Source: an uncultured Chloroflexia bacterium (GTDB lineage: Bacteria > Chloroflexota > Anaerolineae > Anaerolineales > RBG-16-64-43). Taken from it: a stretch of DNA of 64,000 nucleotides. Each line of letters starts with the position of its first letter. Position 1 is the first letter of the stretch. The notes beneath the pieces were generated by a model. The model ran no database searches. It was not told the origin of the DNA and worked only from the letters and a program-made list of their open reading frames with translations. Below are positions 20,177-30,566 of this stretch, piece by piece. The position numbers were made by a program, and so were the translations under genes. Location: positions 14,201-78,200 of the forward strand of contig CAVRUI010000001.1 in NCBI GenBank assembly GCA_963724345.1, written 5' to 3'.

Positions 20177-22000
20177 ATGGCTTTTTCGATCTTGTTTTTG
20201 ATCGCAATCATCTTCCTCGCCTGGCGGATTTCTCCCCGCGAGAAGAAGGAGCACGCCGCCATCCACGGCGCCGGACAGATCGGCCTGCTGGCGGCCGTGG
20301 CGCTGTTCGGTGTGGATTACTTCACCTCGTTTTATTATGCGACCGGGGAAATGCTTGGCGCGTTGCACCCGTATGGATTGCAGGATTACGCCTATCTTGC
20401 CGTGGTGGTGATCGCGCTGGCCAACATCGTATTCGGCGCGCTGTACATGTTCTCGCTCGGCCCGTTCAATGAAGGCGGCGGATCGTACACCGCTTCCATG
20501 CGTTACCTTAAACCCACACTCAGCCTGATCGTGGCCGTGACGCTGATCGAGGATTATGTGTTGACCATTGTGGTTTCGGCGCTTTCGGGCGGAGACCAGC
20601 TGCTCTCCATCCTGAACGCCTACAACACCGGTTGGGTCTGGCACTTTCTGATCGGAGCCGGACTGGCGGCCGTGACTTGGTATTTGACGATCCGCGGGCG
20701 GGGGGAATCCTCGCAGGTGGTATTCACCGGTCTCGGAATTTTCGCTATGCTGACCGGAGCCATGGTTGTCGGTTTGCTAATGGCCCATTTTAATGGCGTC
20801 CCTGCAATTCCGATCACCGAATCCCCGCAATCCGCCTCACTCGGCCAGGCGGTGTTGCATATGCTGACCGCATCGATGAAGGGAATGGTGGCCCTCACCG
20901 GGTTGGAGGCGATGTCGAACGGAATCCAGTTCGTGATTAATGAGGACGTCTCGCTCGTGAAGTGGGGTAAAAAGCACTTGCCCAAGCTGCGCGCGCTTTG
21001 GAATTTCTACAGCGGTAAAACGGGGATTGGGCGTTTCGTGCAGACTTCCTTCCTCTTCTACGGCGGTCTGACCACGGTCATCCTTACCTTCTTTGCCATT
21101 CGCTTCGATGTCTTCGACGGCACGCTCGGCCGCACGCTGGTGGGAAACCTGGCTTTCATCGGGTTCGGCCAGATCCCGGGCGGCACGCTGCTTTTCTGGG
21201 TGTACCAACTGTTGGCGGTCGGATTGCTGGCCGCAGCGTCGATGACCGCCTTTCAGGACGCGCAGGCCACCGAATGGCGGGATGTGGCGATCGGAGAAAT
21301 TCCGGAAGCGATCGTCTACCGCGATCCGCGCGGCACCTTCACCCGCTCGGTGACGATCACCTTCGGAGTTTCGGTGTTCATCATGCTGCTTGTACGCGGA
21401 GAGACCTCCCTGGCGGTGCCGTTCTACGGAGTAGGAGTGTTTCTGCCGATTGCCATCATGGGGTTGGCCATCCGTCAGCATGTTCTCCAACATTTCACCG
21501 GCCGCGTCCGCCGCTGGGGTTCGCTGGCCGCGGGATTCGCCTCGCTTTTAGCAGGGGTTGTCTTCGTCGGCCAGATCGTGGGCAAGTGGGAGGAAGGCGG
21601 ATGGATCCGGCTGCTGACTTTCACCACCCTCTTTACGACCGCCCATCTCCTCCTGCTCTCGCCGCTCGGCCGCCGCACGCCGGAGCAGATCCACCGCATC
21701 GTGCGCGACAAGGCGCGCGTCCAGGGCGCCATGGCGTCGATCGTGGAGTGGCAGTCGCTGCAGATGCAGGAATACCGCTATTGGATACTGACCGGGGTCT
21801 CCAAATTCTACGCGCTCTTCGGAATCAACCGGCCTGTCCGCTATGCGCCGCCTCCTCCCGCGGGCGAGTATGACGAAGCGCTGCACGTGGATCATCCGGA
21901 AGCACACTCGTTCCTGGAGCAGTATCTGGATTCGCTGCCCGCGCCCGATCCGCGGCTGGGGGGCCAACCCAAGCAGACCACGGAACCGAAACAGCCTTGA
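20177..22000 (+). CDS. APC-superfamily permease, KimA/YdaO-like K+ transporter
   Basis: GVDYFTSFYY, EGGGSY, EDYVLTIVVS and ALTGLEAMSNG parallel KimA motifs; many TM segments. Confidence 0.75.
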   Translation: MAFSILFLIAIIFLAWRISPREKKEHAAIHGAGQIGLLAAVALFGVDYFTSFYYATGEMLGALHPYGLQDYAYLAVVVIALANIVFGALYMFSLGPFNEGGGSYTASMRYLKPTLSLIVAVTLIEDYVLTIVVSALSGGDQLLSILNAYNTGWVWHFLIGAGLAAVTWYLTIRGRGESSQVVFTGLGIFAMLTGAMVVGLLMAHFNGVPAIPITESPQSASLGQAVLHMLTASMKGMVALTGLEAMSNGIQFVINEDVSLVKWGKKHLPKLRALWNFYSGKTGIGRFVQTSFLFYGGLTTVILTFFAIRFDVFDGTLGRTLVGNLAFIGFGQIPGGTLLFWVYQLLAVGLLAAASMTAFQDAQATEWRDVAIGEIPEAIVYRDPRGTFTRSVTITFGVSVFIMLLVRGETSLAVPFYGVGVFLPIAIMGLAIRQHVLQHFTGRVRRWGSLAAGFASLLAGVVFVGQIVGKWEEGGWIRLLTFTTLFTTAHLLLLSPLGRRTPEQIHRIVRDKARVQGAMASIVEWQSLQMQEYRYWILTGVSKFYALFGINRPVRYAPPPPAGEYDEALHVDHPEAHSFLEQYLDSLPAPDPRLGGQPKQTTEPKQP

Positions 22001-22027
22001 CGGCAGGCACACTCTCAGCAGAATCCG

Positions 22028-22056
22028 CCGCCCGTACCCTACGGGCGGTTTTTTTT
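22028..22056 (+). terminator. Rho-independent terminator
   Basis: ccgcccgta-ccc-tacgggcgg followed by T8. Confidence 0.9.
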
Positions 22057-22060
22057 ATTC

Positions 22061-22460
22061 GTCATCCCGGCGAAATCGGTTTGTTCGTCATTCCCGCGGT
22101 TGTGAGCACGCAGCGGGAATGATGGCGATCCATGAGGAACTCACAATCAAGACTTCTAAATAAAATCCCTAGGTGCTCGGTCCGTCCGCGCCGGCATCCA
22201 GGAATTACCTTGCACGCCCCCTTCAACCTATTAGTGAATACCGGCCAAGGACCCCCTCGTTTCCCCGCAAAATGCGCGGGGCAGGCGCGCCCATCCCCAC
22301 TCGTAAACAAAGATCGAGTGGGGATGCTCCCCCCTTCGCGAAACCATCGCACCGGAACCCTCGCTTCGTGATCGCGCAAGTGCCAAGATCAAACCGAACT
22401 TGCGCATTCCGCGAGGGCAGAATGCCCCGGTTGGGCCGGGCCGGTCCGCGCCGGCATGAC
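22061..22460. repeat. Cluster of GTCATCCC/GGGAATGA palindromic repeats
   Basis: gtcatcccggcgaaatcggtttgttcgtcattcccgcg...gcgggaatga; segments similar to 41457-41780. Confidence 0.6.
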
Positions 22461-22587
22461 GATCTATTAATTTCCCGCTTTCCCGGCGTGTTCCTGAATC
22501 GATTTCCCGGATGGGGAAGGATGATATGATATTCGCGGAATCGTTCCGGGAAAGGGACAGTCGAAAAATTCGAGGAGAATAATCATC

Positions 22588-23787
22588 ATGCTTGCCCCTC
22601 TCGATCGCAGATTTGATGCCGGTGGGCGCGGCAACGTCTTGATTTTATTCACCGTGGTCGTAGCCTATGTTGCCGGGTTTATCGGCATCGGGACGCGCTT
22701 CGGATTGACCACCTGGGCGGTACTGATCCTGCTCGGCGTCGTTCATCTGGGGCTGTCGGCGGCCGCCGACCGAATATTTTTCTGTCCCGCTACTTCCCTG
22801 AAGGTGGCCGTCTATCTGCTCCTGCAACTGGCCATCTGCATGGCGGTTCAATACATCGGATCGGGTTACTTCTGGCTGATGATGATGCCGCTGGCCAGCA
22901 CGGCCGCGGCAATCCTCTCCCGGTGGGCGAATGCGGTTTTTTATGTGATGGTGTTGACCGCGTTCATGGCGCCCTTAGATTGGCAACAACCGGAAATTGC
23001 CGTCCAAAACACGCTGATATTCGGTTGTGCGCTGGTTTTCGTATGGATCTTCACCGAGGTTTCGGTCCGCGATCAGAAAATCCGCAGGGACGTGGAACGG
23101 CTGGCGCGGGAACTCGAGGAAGCCAATATGCGCTTAAGGGCGTCGGCCGTTCAAGCGGAGGAACTGACCCGCTCGCGGGAACGCAACCGGATGGCGCGCG
23201 AGATCCACGACAGCCTGGGGCATTACCTGACGGTGGTCAACGTCCAGCTCGAAGCGGCCCGGGCGCTGGTCGAGAGCAAGGGCTGGAAGGAAGCGGCGCC
23301 GGATCTGTACGCGACGCTTGAAAAAGCCCAGACCCTGACCCGCAGCGGATTGGCCGACGTGCGCCGTTCGGTGGCGGCCTTGCGCACCGATCCGATGGGG
23401 GAAAAACCGTTCCTCGAGGCGGTCAGGGCGCTGATCGCCGACAATCAGGAGGCCGGCTTGCTCGTTTCCTACAAGCAGGCGGGTTCCCCGCGGGCGGCGG
23501 CGCCGCAGATTGAACTGGCGCTGTACCGGATCCTGCAGGAAGCGCTGACCAACGTCCGCAAACATGCGCGCGCCTCGCGGGCGGAAGTGATCCTGGATTT
23601 CCAGGAGTTGTCCATCCGCTTGGAAGTCCAGGACAACGGAGTCGGTTTTTCCAATGCGGAAAATGACGAGGAAAAATTCGGCCTGCGGGGAATTCGCGAG
23701 CGGGTCGAACTCCTCCAGGGCCGGATGGAGATCGGAGCGAACCCCGGCGGCGGGGTGAGGGTGATGGTGGAATTGCCGATTGGATAA
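22588..23787 (+). CDS. Membrane sensor histidine kinase (HisKA_3, NarL partner)
   Basis: ERNRMAREIHDSLGH, QEALTNVRKHA, DNGVGF, FGLRGIRER. Confidence 0.92.
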   Translation: MLAPLDRRFDAGGRGNVLILFTVVVAYVAGFIGIGTRFGLTTWAVLILLGVVHLGLSAAADRIFFCPATSLKVAVYLLLQLAICMAVQYIGSGYFWLMMMPLASTAAAILSRWANAVFYVMVLTAFMAPLDWQQPEIAVQNTLIFGCALVFVWIFTEVSVRDQKIRRDVERLARELEEANMRLRASAVQAEELTRSRERNRMAREIHDSLGHYLTVVNVQLEAARALVESKGWKEAAPDLYATLEKAQTLTRSGLADVRRSVAALRTDPMGEKPFLEAVRALIADNQEAGLLVSYKQAGSPRAAAPQIELALYRILQEALTNVRKHARASRAEVILDFQELSIRLEVQDNGVGFSNAENDEEKFGLRGIRERVELLQGRMEIGANPGGGVRVMVELPIG

Positions 23788-23858
23788 AGTCCGAGGCCGA
23801 CGCGATTCGTCATCCGGCATGACCCTGGCTGGGACCACCCCAGTCTCGATAGGAATTC

Positions 23859-23888
23859 AAACCGCCCCGTCATTCGACGGGGCGGTTT
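23859..23888. terminator. Bidirectional terminator hairpin
   Basis: aaaccgccccgtc-attc-gacggggcggttt; near-identical to 26594-26625. Confidence 0.8.
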
Positions 23889-23906
23889 GCTATGCACCCC
23901 GGATCA

Positions 23907-26381
23907 TTAAAAACCAAACTGCAGAATTGAGAATTTTATTCCGAGACTTTCCAGGCCTGCGGATGGATCTTTGGACCTGTCCCCCGTCCCGGCGCAGGCC
24001 AAGGATTGCGGGCCGGTGGATGGGTCAGTCACAGACGCCGCCGATGGGCAAATGCATTCCGACGCCGAGCTGGATGCCCCGGACATCGTCCCGCCGGCCG
24101 CCTCGCATTGCGCTTTCGGCAGGTCCGCGGAACAAGCCGGCCCTTCGGGGACGTAGGCTCCGGATCGATCGATGGTGGCATTGCAGTTCTTACGCGGATC
24201 CGCGGGACCTTCCATGAACGGCATCCACACCCAGCAGGATCTGCCATCGGGGAGCGCGAACAGGCCGTGGGTGAGTTCAGGGTTCAGGGAAAGCAACTCC
24301 AGCATATCGCCCTGGGTCAGAACCTTGATCAGCTGCGTGCGCGCGTCGTCTCCCGCCCGGCAACTCGCGTTCACCTTGGCCGTGTACTGGCAATGGTCCG
24401 GGGACGGTGTTCCTTGGGATTTCAAGTCCCCCCCGGAGATCGAAGGCATGAAGGCTTCGACGGCGCCGAGATCGCAAGCGGATCCGGACGGTCGGGTAAA
24501 TCCGCGCTGATCCACCGTCAGCCCGCCGCAGTCCGCGGCCGCGTCGATGGCCGGACTGTTAAAAGCCGGCATGTTGGTAAGGGTTGGGCCGCCGTGTTCG
24601 GCAAGGTCGGAAAATCCGGGATCCGCACTGGTCAGCGAGAAATCGCAGGACCCGTCGCTGTCGAGGTTCACACCGACGGCGTGGAAATTTGCCACGTCAA
24701 ACAAGCATGCGGTGTCGCCTTCGGCTCCGGCGACAACCGAATTTTTCATCGTCGTTGGAGCGTCGACATACAGGACCACGCCTATCCGGGGATGATTGTC
24801 GAGCATGGTGACGTGCACAAAGGAAGTTGTCGAATTCGCGGTCATCGAAGCCCCCGCGCCTTCCTGACTTAAATTCTCGGAGATCGTGGTATTTTCCACG
24901 CTGACATCGCCTCGCCCGATGAACAAGCCGCCTCCCGTATCGCCGCCTTCATTGGCCCATATCGTGCTTTGTTTGACATTCATCCAATTACCGGCGAAGG
25001 CGATCCCGCCCCCGGCCGATAGAGTTGGATTGCCGGCTGCCCGGACAGCGTGGTTGCCTGAAAACATGCTTTGGGTAACGTTAGCCGTGAGCATCGGACC
25101 GGTGACATTGGGAAGCCACCCGGCGTACAAGCCGCCGCCCCGCAAGCCAGAATTCTCCGAGAAGGTGGACCCCAGGATATCGACGGAATCACTTGCAAAC
25201 ACGCCGCCCCCGTATTCGGTCGCCAGATTCCCGGTAAAATAGGTGTCGCGGACTGATACCCACCGGGTGGCATACACGCCGCCCCCGAACGTTCCGGATT
25301 CGTTGAACGCGAATTCGCTATTGCTGATTTTCAAGGAATTGCCGGAGTGGCACAGTGCTCCGCCCGGGCCATCGGCTTTATTTTTGTAGAACATGGAGGA
25401 GGAAACGAGCAGTTCGGATTCCTGGGAACTATCCACCGCCCCGCAGGTTTCGGCGGTATTCTCTGTAAAACCACCGCCGCTCAGGTCAAGTATGGAATCC
25501 TTGATTCGAAGCGCGCCGCCGCTGTGGGAGGATTCATTCTGGATGAAATGCACGCTGGAAATGTAAAAAGCTGTCCTTTCCCCCTCGGCGTCGATCGCGG
25601 AATTTTTATTTTTCAGGAACTCGCTCATGGAGATGAAGGTCCCATCCTCGCCTGTGCCGCTCGCCGCTCTCCGGATGGCGATCGCGCCTCCACTATCAGC
25701 GACATTTCCCTCGAACGTGGTGCGCATGACCAAAAGGAAGCCGTTGGAGCTGAAAATGCCTCCTCCGGCGCTGTCCACATCCGGTTCCAGGAAACCGTTC
25801 AGGGCGCCGTTGTTTTTGAGAACGCTTTTGCCCATGACCGTTACACTCCCCTCGCGGTTGTAGATCGCGCCGCCTTCGGCGGGGGTGCCAGACTGCACGC
25901 CTTCGGCAATATTCCCCGAGAAAGTCGTCTCGTCGAAGTACGCCCATCCGCGGTTTACGTATACGGCGGCGCCGAGCGCGCGATATCCATTCCGCATCGT
26001 CAGGCGGTCTGTTTTCAACTTCCCCTCGGGTTGGACGAGGAAAAATCCGAAGCGAATGTTGGATCCCATGATATTGGTGTTCAGGACGGCGTTGTTGCCC
26101 ACGAGCTTGATCTCGCCGGTGATGGCGGGCAGGGCGCTGGGGATGGCAACACCATCGATGTTTTGAGTGTTGTTCACGGATGTGAACAGATATTCACAAT
26201 CCGCCGCCAGGACGATCTCCGCCGGTCCGGAATCCGCATTGGCCTGATTGATCGCGGTGATCAGGTCCGGCGTCGAGCAAGCGACCGTGTAGGTCGTCGT
26301 GGCTTCCGGGGTGGAAGGTTTGCACGCGGCAAACAATATGCACAGAAGCGCGAGGGAAATGTAAGCAGGCGGTTTGTTCAT
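23907..26381 (-). CDS. Lipoprotein with Pmp-like GGA(I/L)/FxxN beta-helix repeats and a choice-of-anchor Q domain
   Basis: Lipobox FAAC; repeated GGAI/FxxN; GGPTLT...SPAID...DQRG..RP....CDLGAVE; Cys-rich C-terminus. Confidence 0.8.
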   Translation of the reverse strand: MNKPPAYISLALLCILFAACKPSTPEATTTYTVACSTPDLITAINQANADSGPAEIVLAADCEYLFTSVNNTQNIDGVAIPSALPAITGEIKLVGNNAVLNTNIMGSNIRFGFFLVQPEGKLKTDRLTMRNGYRALGAAVYVNRGWAYFDETTFSGNIAEGVQSGTPAEGGAIYNREGSVTVMGKSVLKNNGALNGFLEPDVDSAGGGIFSSNGFLLVMRTTFEGNVADSGGAIAIRRAASGTGEDGTFISMSEFLKNKNSAIDAEGERTAFYISSVHFIQNESSHSGGALRIKDSILDLSGGGFTENTAETCGAVDSSQESELLVSSSMFYKNKADGPGGALCHSGNSLKISNSEFAFNESGTFGGGVYATRWVSVRDTYFTGNLATEYGGGVFASDSVDILGSTFSENSGLRGGGLYAGWLPNVTGPMLTANVTQSMFSGNHAVRAAGNPTLSAGGGIAFAGNWMNVKQSTIWANEGGDTGGGLFIGRGDVSVENTTISENLSQEGAGASMTANSTTSFVHVTMLDNHPRIGVVLYVDAPTTMKNSVVAGAEGDTACLFDVANFHAVGVNLDSDGSCDFSLTSADPGFSDLAEHGGPTLTNMPAFNSPAIDAAADCGGLTVDQRGFTRPSGSACDLGAVEAFMPSISGGDLKSQGTPSPDHCQYTAKVNASCRAGDDARTQLIKVLTQGDMLELLSLNPELTHGLFALPDGRSCWVWMPFMEGPADPRKNCNATIDRSGAYVPEGPACSADLPKAQCEAAGGTMSGASSSASECICPSAASVTDPSTGPQSLACAGTGDRSKDPSAGLESLGIKFSILQFGF

Positions 26382-26593
26382 GGGGTGTTTGCTCCTTTCG
26401 CGGTCACCATCTACTATACAGGAAATGCACCGGATTTTCCTGCTCGGCGGCATTATCTGGAGGTTTTGTGGAGGTTATTTCACAGGATCGGTTTTACGTG
26501 GGTTTCTGAACTGACTGTGAAAATAAAAAATCACCATGGTCCAAGCCAGGATCCCGCCGGGATGACGGAACGCCCTGATCTGGTTCGGAAATC

Positions 26594-26625
26594 AAACCGC
26601 CCCGTCGTTCGACGGGGCGGTTTTT
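26594..26625. terminator. Terminator hairpin
   Basis: aaaccgccccgtc-gttc-gacggggcggttttt. Confidence 0.8.
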
Positions 26626-26639
26626 CTTGCGGCAAATGG

Positions 26640-27476
26640 TTACGGAGTGATGGTAATGCTTTGGATCAGCGCGTCCAGCAGCGTCAGGCTTGGCAAAAAG
26701 GAAGCCTCGGGCTGGGCATTCAGCTTGTTGGTGATATCCATAATATAGGGATCGAACCCGTCGCAGGGTTGATCCGGACTCATTCCGGCGGGTTGAGTTT
26801 CGTAGGTTCCCGGAAGGATGGGATTCGAGATCCGCAGAACGGCCGAGATATAGAATTGCTCGTCGCTCGTCAGGCCTTGGAAGATTAAGAACATGTCGTG
26901 ATTGTTGATCGGGGAGCAAAACTGCGCGTATTGACTGATGAACCGAATCCCGCTTCCGTCCGCAAAAGACACCACCTTGTACTGGGCGTGGAATTCCTGC
27001 GCGGCTCCGAGAAGATCCATCACGGGCAGCGCATCTGCTCCGGGAGCGCCGCCTGCGATCAGCGCCTTCAGCGCGTCCACGTTGACGGATGCCTGGGGGC
27101 GCAATGCCAGGAACTCCGCCAGGCGGTAGACATGAATGGTCTGGAAGTATGGTTGATCGGGCGGCAATACATACCCTTGCAGCGTGACCTGTGTGTATTC
27201 GGGCAATTGCCAGGGATCGTTTTCGATGTTTTCGGGAACCGTTTCGCAGGTATGGCCGGATGCCAGGGCGGGTTCCAAATAGAACGACAATTCGTTGCAT
27301 TGAACGTTGGGGGCGACCGTCGGTGTGAGGGTGATGGTGGGCGTTATGGCGAGCTCAGGGGTTTCCGAAGCCGCCGGCGGTTGGTTGGTTACGGGAGCCG
27401 GCGTTTCCGGGCCCGGGATATTGCACGCGAGCATCAGGGCGGCGAGAATGAGAGCAAAAAGGAAAAGTCGTTTCAT
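26640..27476 (-). CDS. Hypothetical lipoprotein
   Basis: AGGAGG RBS; lipobox MLAC; Pro/Thr linker; FLPSLTLLDALIQSI tail. Confidence 0.8.
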   Translation of the reverse strand: MKRLFLFALILAALMLACNIPGPETPAPVTNQPPAASETPELAITPTITLTPTVAPNVQCNELSFYLEPALASGHTCETVPENIENDPWQLPEYTQVTLQGYVLPPDQPYFQTIHVYRLAEFLALRPQASVNVDALKALIAGGAPGADALPVMDLLGAAQEFHAQYKVVSFADGSGIRFISQYAQFCSPINNHDMFLIFQGLTSDEQFYISAVLRISNPILPGTYETQPAGMSPDQPCDGFDPYIMDITNKLNAQPEASFLPSLTLLDALIQSITITP

Positions 27477-27529
27477 GCGTCCTCCTGTTCGCGATCAATT
27501 ATATATGAAACCGATATTTACCAGTGAGC

Positions 27530-27624
27530 GTCATTCCGCGTGTTCTTGGCGGGAATCCAGTGAATGCTTTCCAGAAAACATTCATGGATTTCTGGATCCC
27601 CGCTTCGATCACGCGGGGATGACG
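27530..27624. repeat. GTCATTCC...GGGATGAC palindromic repeat
   Basis: gtcattccgcgtgttcttggcgggaatccag...ctggatccccgcttcgatcacgcggggatgac. Confidence 0.7.
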
Positions 27625-27739
27625 ATCGCTTCGTCGCCCGTCATTCCAGTGCGCCTTCCCATCGGAATGATATGATAAACACCGGGAAGACCCTTTCGCT
27701 TTTCGGCCGGAGAATAACAGGCGATCCCGAAGGAGCCGC

Positions 27740-28384
27740 ATGGCACCCATCCGCATTCTGATCGTCGACGACCAGGCTTTATTCCGCGAAGGATTGCACA
27801 CGCTGCTTTCGGTCCAGGCGGGCATGGAGGTTGTGGGTGAAGCCGGGAACGGCGAAGAAGCGCTGCGCCAGGCGGAGGCGCTCAAGCCGGATGTGATTCT
27901 GATGGATCTGCAGATGCCCCTTCTGGACGGCGCGGCGGCGACCCGCCGCCTGAAAGCCCAGGGGGCGCCCGCCAAAGTGATCGTCCTCACCACATTCGAC
28001 GACGACGAGAACGTGTTCGAAGGCCTGCGCGCCGGGGCGGTGGGGTACCTGCTGAAAGACACGCCTTCGTCGAAGCTGGTGGAGGCGATCCGGCTGGCGG
28101 CGCGCGGGGAATCCTTCCTCGAGCCTTCCGTGGCGGCCAAGGTGGTTTCGGAATTCGCGCGGCTCAGCCCGCGCCCCTCGGATGCACTGGCCGAGCCGCT
28201 TTCCGAGCGCGAAATCGAGGTCCTGCGGTTGGTGGCGCGCGGGGCAAGCAACAAGGAGATCGCCGCCGAACTGGTGATCGCGGAAGGCACGGTAAAGAAC
28301 CACCTTACCAATATCCTCGCCAAGCTTAGTGTGACCGACCGGACCGAAGCGGCGATGAAGGCGAAGGAATTGGGACTGATTTAG
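27740..28384 (+). CDS. NarL/LuxR-family response regulator
   Basis: [36 protein letters not shown]...TVKNH. Confidence 0.95.
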   Translation: MAPIRILIVDDQALFREGLHTLLSVQAGMEVVGEAGNGEEALRQAEALKPDVILMDLQMPLLDGAAATRRLKAQGAPAKVIVLTTFDDDENVFEGLRAGAVGYLLKDTPSSKLVEAIRLAARGESFLEPSVAAKVVSEFARLSPRPSDALAEPLSEREIEVLRLVARGASNKEIAAELVIAEGTVKNHLTNILAKLSVTDRTEAAMKAKELGLI

Positions 28385-28640
28385 AAATCCGACCATCGAC
28401 GATCGACCATCGACCATGGACCATGGTTGTGGTGTTAATGGGAACCTATCGCGTTCCCGAGTAAGGGTAAAGATCCCCCTCGATTTACTCGCGGACAGGC
28501 TTTCACGACATCTGCCGCATCCCGAATTCGCGAACCTGTCCTAACCCCCTCTCCTAACCTCTCCCCCTTCCCCGTATGGGGAAGGGGGAGAGGGAATCCG
28601 TAGAGATATGGATTATTTTCCTCATTGACACAATCGATCA

Positions 28641-29006
28641 TTAGCCGCATATTTTTAAAATTTCCAGAATCACATTGTCGATTGAGGCGGCAATTCTTTC
28701 ATTGGTAACTCGAAAAACTCGAATACCATGAGAGATCAGGATTTCATCGCGGAAAAAATCCTGTTCCAATTGGGTATTGTGAATTCCGCCATCGACTTCA
28801 ATGGCTAATTTCATCTTCATGCAATAGAAATCGATGATAAAGCCAAAAAGCACATGCTGGCGCCTGAAATGCAATCCATTTATCTGGTTTCTTCTCAAAC
28901 GTGCCCATAACAACCGTTCCGAATCGGTCATTTCCCGGCGCAAGCGCCGGGCTTCTCGATACTTCCCATCCGAAATTCCCTGCATAGAATGCATATGGCG
29001 TTTCAT
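28641..29006 (-). CDS. DUF559 (Vsr-like) endonuclease domain protein
   Basis: ARRLRREMTDSERLLW..LR, FRRQH, IIDFYC, IEVDGGIH, D..RD; visibly lower GC than neighbours. Confidence 0.88.
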   Translation of the reverse strand: MKRHMHSMQGISDGKYREARRLRREMTDSERLLWARLRRNQINGLHFRRQHVLFGFIIDFYCMKMKLAIEVDGGIHNTQLEQDFFRDEILISHGIRVFRVTNERIAASIDNVILEILKICG

Positions 29007-29141
29007 AAAATCCCCCTTTGGATTGATGATTTGGGAATTTTATCGCATTCTGTCCTAACCTCCCCACCCCCAACCCCCGACCCCTCTCCCCCTTCCCCGT
29101 AAGGGGAAGGGGGAGAGGGGTGCCGAAGCCTCGGTGTTCGT

Positions 29142-29390
29142 CCGAGGCGAGGCGGGGAGAGGGGGTTAGGACAGAGACGATGCGGGAAGGAGAGATGTGC
29201 TGGAGACAAGGTGAACTCCCGAGGCGAGGCGGGGAGAGGGGGTTAGGACAGAGACGATGCGGGAAGGAGAGATGTACTGGAGACAAGGTGAACTCCCGAG
29301 GCGAGGCGGGGAGAGGGGGTTAGGACAGAGACGATGCGGGAAGGAGATGTGCTGGAGACAAGGTGAACTTCCGGGGCGAAGGCGGGGAGA
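29142..29390. repeat. 77-bp tandem repeat, about 3.3 copies
   Basis: Unit ccgaggcgaggcggggagagggggttaggacagagacg...gtgaactc starts at 29142, 29219, 29296 and 29371. Confidence 0.92.
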
Positions 29391-29606
29391 AGATTGGAGC
29401 AGATGGGAGGAGAAAGCAGATCTACAAATTGAATTTTCGAGGGTCCATGGTCCATCGTCCAAGGTCCATGGCCGGATCGTGCCCCTTCCTACTCCGTCCT
29501 GTGACCCTCTCCCATCCCAAGATGTGACCCCTTAATAGACCTCCCGGCCGATGCGCGTTCCGCGCGCAAAGCGTATATTTCAACAAGTTCAAACTCGGGA
29601 GGACAT

Positions 29607-30557
29607 ATGCCACTCATTCTGGAAGTTCAGGATCTTGTCAAACAGTATTCCGGCGCGGCCGAACCCGCCGTCAAAGGCGTTTCCTTCGGCGTACGGCGCG
29701 GGGAAGTATTCAGCCTGCTCGGGCCGAACGGCGCCGGAAAAACCACGACGATCGGGATGCTTTCCTGCCTGTTGAAGCCGACCGGCGGCGACGCAACCAT
29801 CGACGGGCATTCGGTCCGCACCGATCCGGAAGCGGTCAAACGCGCGATCGGAATCGTCCCGCAGGATATCGCGCTGTACCCCACGCTTTCGGCCCGGGAA
29901 AACCTGCGCTTCTGGGGCTGGATGTACGGATTGGGCGGGAAAGACCTCGCCCGCCGGATCGAGAAAATCCTCGAGACGGTCGGGCTCACCGACCGCGGGA
30001 ACGACCGCGTGGAATCCTATTCCGGCGGGATGAAGCGCCGGATCAACATCGCCGCCGGGCTGCTGCACGAGCCCAAACTCGTGTTCCTCGACGAACCGAC
30101 CGTCGGTATCGATCCGCAAAGCCGGCGCAACATCCTCGACATGGTCAAAGCGCTCAACGCCCAGGGAATGACCGTCCTCTACACCACCCACTACATGGAA
30201 GAAGCCCAGGAGCTCAGCCAGCGGATCGGGATCATCGACCATGGCAAGCTGATCGCGCTCGGTACGCTCGATGAGCTCACCCGGCTGGTCGGCCGCCAGG
30301 ACGAGATCGAACTCAAGATCGCCTCCGAGCACGCCGGGCCGGAACTCGCCGAAGCCCTCGGCAAGGTGAGCGGCGTGCGCAGCGCGCGCGCCGAGGACCA
30401 TACCGTGCGGCTGATGGCCGACGACGCCAATGCTTCGCTGCCCGAGGTGATCGGCGTGGCCAATGCGCGCGGCGTCAAAGTGATCGGGATCGACATCCGC
30501 GAACCCAACCTCGAGGCGGTGTTCCTGCACCTCACCGGCCGCGCGCTGCGGGATTAG
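29607..30557 (+). CDS. ABC-2 exporter ATP-binding protein
   Basis: GPNGAGKTT, YSGGMKRR, FLDEPT, TTHYMEEA. Confidence 0.95.
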   Translation: MPLILEVQDLVKQYSGAAEPAVKGVSFGVRRGEVFSLLGPNGAGKTTTIGMLSCLLKPTGGDATIDGHSVRTDPEAVKRAIGIVPQDIALYPTLSARENLRFWGWMYGLGGKDLARRIEKILETVGLTDRGNDRVESYSGGMKRRINIAAGLLHEPKLVFLDEPTVGIDPQSRRNILDMVKALNAQGMTVLYTTHYMEEAQELSQRIGIIDHGKLIALGTLDELTRLVGRQDEIELKIASEHAGPELAEALGKVSGVRSARAEDHTVRLMADDANASLPEVIGVANARGVKVIGIDIREPNLEAVFLHLTGRALRD

Positions 30558-30566
30558 GAGACGCCC

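Noticed and set aside
29142-29390. Possible CRISPR-like repeat-spacer array next to a nuclease
   Set aside because: The whole 77-bp unit is near-identical between copies, so there are no variable spacers.
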